Of a stretch of DNA of 1,659 nt, positions 1-1,659 are shown piece by piece (within the stretch, counting starts at the first letter, position 1; every line of letters starts with the position of its first letter). Source of the stretch: Naegleria gruberi (taxonomy: Eukaryota); the NCBI GenBank assembly GCA_000004985.1, contig GG739354.1. One strand, 5' to 3'. The notes below the pieces were generated by a model. It was not told the origin of the DNA. It worked only from the letters and a program-made list of their open reading frames with translations, and ran no database searches. The translations under genes and the position numbers were made by a program.

Positions 1-20
1 TTCGGAATCACTTTTTTTAT
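1..20. repeat. Copy 1 of a ~20-nt spacer motif 'ttcggaatcacttttttta', sitting at the window edge
   Basis: Seen in sequence: 1-19 'ttcggaatcacttttttta' vs 373-392 'ttcggaattcacttttttta' (identical except one inserted t). The copies are 372 bp apart and the flanks diverge immediately, so this is a motif repeat and not a long tandem subrepeat. Confidence 0.7.
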
Positions 21-224
21 GTTTGAAACATGCTCAAAAATCAATTTCTATAAAATAAAATCTTTACAAAAGGTTATATAGATAATAGATAGATATATAT
101 TCATAAAAATCATTGTCAACTTTTGAACGGCTGGGTTCTAGCCATTTTTGATATAATAGTTATTTGACTATACAATGATATATAATAATATCAATTTTTT
201 GAGGTACCCAACTCCCGAACGGCT

Positions 225-242
225 GCGATTCAGACGGTTCCG
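225..242. repeat. GC island motif copy A 'gcgattcagacggttccg'
   Basis: Seen in sequence: 16/18 identical to 305-322 'gcgattcaggcgattccg'. The two copies are 80 bp apart, inside an otherwise ~20% GC spacer. It is preceded by 'gaacggctg' (217-225), which also occurs at 125-133. Confidence 0.65.
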
Positions 243-304
243 TAATTGCATAATCAATGAATGTATCGCGTAGCTAACGTTTTCAAAAAAAAAAATGAAG
301 GAGG

Positions 305-322
305 GCGATTCAGGCGATTCCG
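305..322. repeat. GC island motif copy B 'gcgattcaggcgattccg', with an internal direct duplication of 'gcgattc' at 305-311 and 314-320
   Basis: Seen in sequence. It also contains 'gattccga' (316-323), the reverse complement of the 'tcggaatc' core of the 20-nt spacer motif at 2-9. Confidence 0.65.
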
Positions 323-365
323 ATTAAGAGACCGGTGTCCATAGATTTAATTTGATTATAAATAT

Positions 366-392
366 AGTGACTTTCGGAATTCACTTTTTTTA
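366..392. repeat. Copy 2 of the ~20-nt spacer motif, embedded in a short inverted repeat (agtga ... tcact) containing a GAATTC palindrome
   Basis: Seen in sequence: 373-392 'ttcggaattcacttttttta'. 'agtga' (366-370) and 'tcact' (381-385) are reverse complements flanking 'ctttcggaat'. Confidence 0.7.
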
Positions 393-689
393 CATTCGAT
401 TTAGACGATTTAATGGTAGTATAATTGAGTATACAGGTCTATTATAAAGAATATATTGGGTAGAAACGGGTTAATTTTTTTAATCGATTTTATGCATATA
501 TTACAAGAGGAATATAATGTTTTACAGTATTTGGTTATTTTAAAATCGGCTAGAAATGAAGTGAGGACAAAAATTTTAAAAAATTTCAGTCAAAAATATG
601 GTCATATTTATCAGTAAACTATATCTTGTGGATTTATATATTAATAGATTTTTCGTTTTTGACACCTCTATTGTAAACACTATAAGATT

Positions 690-745
690 ATTTATTTATA
701 GTTATTTCCATATCTACTTTCGAGTTCATCGACCCCCCCGAAATG
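690..745 (+). promoter_or_regulatory. Candidate RNA polymerase I core promoter / transcription start neighbourhood at the AT-to-GC boundary
   Basis: Inference only. 'tttatttatagttatttccatatctactttcgagttcatcgacccccccgaaatg' spans the transition from AT-rich spacer to the GC-rich block and ends in a C7 run (733-739). Pol I promoters lie at the IGS/ETS junction in characterised rDNA units. I recognise no specific consensus. Confidence 0.2.
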
Positions 746-964
746 TCTGAACTTCAGTTCCTAACCTTGCGGACAGCAGGATCCTAAGGGATTACCCTCA
801 TCGAGGGTATCAACGCCCTTCGGAGCCCCCAATGGGTCAACCACCCGTTGGGGCCTGCTGTTCACACCGGGGGTCGGTAACCCTCCCCGCCTGATGAAGG
901 GCGGTGGGCACCCCCAGCCCTTGCGGCTGGGAGCCAAGGCAGCGCGTAACTGCGGGGCGCTGCT

Positions 965-980
965 AACCAACCAACCAAAC
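965..980. repeat. (CCAA)n microsatellite-like tract 'aaccaaccaaccaaac'
   Basis: Seen in sequence: three perfect CCAA units at 967-978. Confidence 0.8.
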
Positions 981-988
981 CTGACCCG

Positions 989-1031
989 CCACCAGCCAAC
1001 CAGCCCACCAGCCAGCCAACCACCAGCCACG
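989..1031. repeat. CA-rich low-complexity tract built from two imperfect ~20-nt units (991-1010 'accagccaaccagcccacca', 1011-1030 'gccagccaaccaccagccac')
   Basis: Seen in sequence: 'ccagccaac' occurs at 992-1000 and 1012-1020, and 'accagcc' at 991, 1007 and 1022. The 60-nt line 961-1020 has 30 C and 7 G. Confidence 0.7.
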
Positions 1032-1173
1032 CGCCCTCTGGCCCACCCAGGCCACGCGTGCGGTCGAGGCACCCTACAGCCAGCCGGCAGAACCCACGGC
1101 CATTCCCACGGCCAACGGTCCAACCCGCTGCCAGTCCTGACCCCAGGGCTGTCCAGGGAGCCTCCCGCGTGTG

Positions 1174-1183
1174 TGACCCGGGA
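1174..1183. repeat. Exact 10-mer 'tgacccggga', also at 1381-1390; both copies are followed by 'gagcc' (directly at the first, after a 'c' at the second), and the first contains a CCCGGG palindrome
   Basis: Seen in sequence: 1174-1186 'tgacccgggagcc' vs 1381-1396 'tgacccgggacgagcc'. Separately, 'gggagcct' occurs at 1156-1163 and 1180-1187. Confidence 0.6.
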
Positions 1184-1246
1184 GCCTAGGAGGGCCCCCC
1201 AACCGTCCGGCCCAACCGCTGCCCCTGGGGCCGATTCAGATACCTC

Positions 1247-1340
1247 AACCGCAGCCTTTTGGGCTGCCCACAGTCAAACCGCAGCCTTTTGGGCTGCCCA
1301 GATCCTACCAGCCTACCACCGCAGCCCTTTGGGCTGCCCT
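1247..1340 (+). repeat. Three direct copies of a ~24-nt unit (1247-1270, 1277-1300, 1317-1340), each a perfect GC stem-loop: GCAGCC-UUUUG-GGCUGC in copies 1 and 2, GCAGCCC-UUU-GGGCUGC in copy 3
   Basis: Seen in sequence: 'aaccgcagccttttgggctgccca' twice and 'caccgcagccctttgggctgccct' once. Stems are 1251-1256/1262-1267, 1281-1286/1292-1297 and 1321-1327/1331-1337. Unit starts are spaced 30 and 40 nt apart. Confidence 0.8.
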
Positions 1341-1370
1341 ACCACCACAGCCAGCGAAGCCTGGACCGAG

Positions 1371-1440
1371 GGGAAACCCTTGACCCGGGACGAGCCAGCT
1401 GTTTTTCAATATTGATTACCCGCATTAAGCGGGAAACCCT
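1371..1440. repeat. Exact 10-mer direct repeat 'gggaaaccct' at 1371-1380 and 1431-1440, spaced exactly 60 nt
   Basis: Seen in sequence. The second copy overlaps the 3' arm of the hairpin at 1420-1434. Confidence 0.6.
1420..1434 (+). other. Small stem-loop 'cccgc-attaa-gcggg' (5-bp GC stem, 5-nt loop) in the distal ETS
   Basis: Seen in sequence: a perfect inverted repeat. Any function, such as a pre-rRNA processing signal, is inference. Confidence 0.4.
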
Positions 1441-1460
1441 CGCAAGAGGAACCCCATACC

Positions 1461-1477
1461 TCAGAGACCCAAACGAT
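1461..1477 (+). other. Small stem-loop 'aaacga-ttcat-tcgttt' (6-bp stem, 5-nt loop) about 130 nt upstream of the 18S 5' end
   Basis: Seen in sequence: a perfect inverted repeat. Functional role unknown. Confidence 0.35.
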
Positions 1478-1605
1478 TCATTCGTTTAGGCTCAAATCGA
1501 GTTCATAATGGCAAACGGATGGATAGCCAGTAGGTGGTGCAAACCAACGAACGCTTGAAATCCAACCGGAGCGCAAACAAGGTAAAACTCGTTTTGCTCC
1601 AGTGA

Positions 1606-1659
1606 TACCTGGTTGATCCTGCCAGTACTATATGCTTGTCTCAAAGCCTAAGCCATGCA
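1606..1659 (+). rRNA. 5' end (partial) of eukaryotic small-subunit (18S-type) rRNA gene; the gene continues beyond the window edge
   Basis: Seen in sequence: 'tacctggttgatcctgccagtactatatgcttgtctcaaagcctaagccatgca' matches the universally conserved SSU 5' terminus and the EukA/NS1 primer region (canonical TACCTGGTTGATCCTGCCAGTAGTCATATGCTTGTCTCAAAGATTAAGCCATGCA), with a few substitutions and a 1-nt shortening. The exact mature 5' nucleotide (1606 vs 1607) cannot be fixed from sequence alone. Confidence 0.9.

Larger units (their letters stand above)
1..728. other. AT-rich rDNA intergenic spacer (non-transcribed spacer or promoter-proximal region)
   Basis: Hand counts on sampled 60-nt lines give ~20-22% GC. 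The ORF track reports no ORFs here. There are homopolymer runs (A11 at 285-295) and dispersed short repeated motifs, and the region sits upstream of the putative ETS/18S. Confidence 0.55.
729..1605 (+). other. Putative 5' external transcribed spacer (5' ETS) of the rDNA unit; GC-rich and C-rich on the transcribed-sense strand over 729-~1400, moderate GC from ~1400-1605
   Basis: Inference. It lies immediately upstream of the 18S 5' end on the same strand. A sharp compositional switch at ~729 separates it from the AT-rich spacer. It contains low-complexity repeats and stem-loops typical of ETS regions. The upstream boundary (TSS) is not determinable from sequence and could lie anywhere near 700-760. 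Confidence 0.5.

Noticed and set aside
285-295. A11 homopolymer as a possible insertion-site duplication or poly(A) tail of a retroelement
   Set aside because: No flanking target-site duplication, no adjacent retroelement-like sequence, and homopolymer runs are expected in ~20% GC spacer DNA.
201-330. Possible small RNA gene (tRNA/5S rRNA) in the GC islands of the spacer, since some eukaryotes carry 5S or tRNA genes in the rDNA IGS
   Set aside because: No 5S-like 5' end (GyCTACGGCCATAC-type), no tRNA T-loop (GGTTCGAATCC-type), and no A-box/B-box arrangement or cloverleaf-compatible inverted repeats are visible. The GC content is explained by the duplicated 18-nt motif instead.
1-746. A ~373-bp tandem subrepeat structure for the whole AT-rich spacer, suggested by the 20-nt motif recurring at 1 and 373
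   Set aside because: Beyond the 20-nt motif the two putative units (1-372 vs 373-745) do not align. Sequence diverges immediately after the T-run, so only the motif is repeated. Tandem subrepeats further upstream, outside the window, are not excluded.
1024-1075. G-quadruplex / i-motif forming sequence (clustered CCC runs: gcgccctctggcccacccagg ... accct)
   Set aside because: Only three C3 runs are tightly clustered and the fourth is ~25 nt away, so it does not meet the usual four-tract, short-loop criterion. Kept only as a general comment on strand asymmetry.
761-1123. 120-aa ORF on the - strand (MDRWPWEWPWVLPAGCRVPRPHAWPGW...)
   Set aside because: It is the antisense of the C-rich ETS, hence the G-rich codons giving a Trp/Gly/Arg/Pro-rich peptide. 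It overlaps the + strand ORF over its whole length. Composition-driven artefact in rDNA spacer.
894-1415. 173-aa ORF on the + strand from the supplied track (MKGGGHPQPLRLGAKAARN...)
   Set aside because: It lies entirely within the GC-rich putative 5' ETS, directly upstream of and co-linear with the 18S gene. The peptide is Pro/Ala/Thr/Gln-rich low complexity, and its only repetitive feature (TAAFWAAHSQTAAFWAAQ) is the translation of the tandem hairpin repeats at 1247-1300. Long open frames are expected by chance in ~70% GC, stop-codon-poor sequence. No RBS/Kozak context or recognisable domain is visible.
1259-1489. 76-aa ORF on the + strand (MGCPQSNRSLLGCPDPTSLPP...)
   Set aside because: Alternative frame of the same ETS repeats (GCP...GCP reflects the ggctgccc hairpin arms). 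It runs to within ~120 nt of the 18S 5' end. No coding signal beyond absence of stops.

Overview
This window is non-coding eukaryotic nuclear rDNA, not a protein-coding locus. The last ~54 nt (1606-1659) are the 5' end of the small-subunit (18S-type) rRNA gene on the + strand, recognisable from the near-universal 'TACCTGGTTGATCCTGCCAG...TGCTTGTCTCAAAG..TAAGCCATGCA' terminus. Upstream of it there are two compositionally distinct blocks. (i) 1-~728 is an extremely AT-rich intergenic spacer, roughly 20-25% GC by hand count. It has no long ORFs and carries short GC 'islands' and repeated motifs. (ii) ~729-1605 is taken to be the 5' external transcribed spacer (ETS). Its 729-~1400 portion is GC-rich (roughly 65-75% GC) and strongly C>G on the + strand. 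It contains (CCAA)n and CCAGCC-type low-complexity tracts, three copies of a ~24-nt unit that each fold into a perfect GC hairpin, and several exact short direct repeats. From ~1400 to the 18S start the composition is moderate (~48% GC) and includes small hairpins. The abrupt AT-to-GC switch at ~729-740, next to a C7 run, is my best guess for the Pol I promoter/TSS neighbourhood, but that is inference. All three ORFs in the supplied track lie in the GC-rich spacer, overlap on opposite strands, and encode Pro/Ala/Arg/Trp-rich low-complexity peptides. I regard them as compositional artefacts. I see no evidence of a novel protein-based system here. The points worth a second look are the spacer architecture (repeated hairpins, repeated motifs, compositional boundary) and a non-canonical 18S 5' end suggesting a divergent protist lineage. 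I cannot run searches, so the taxon is unassigned.
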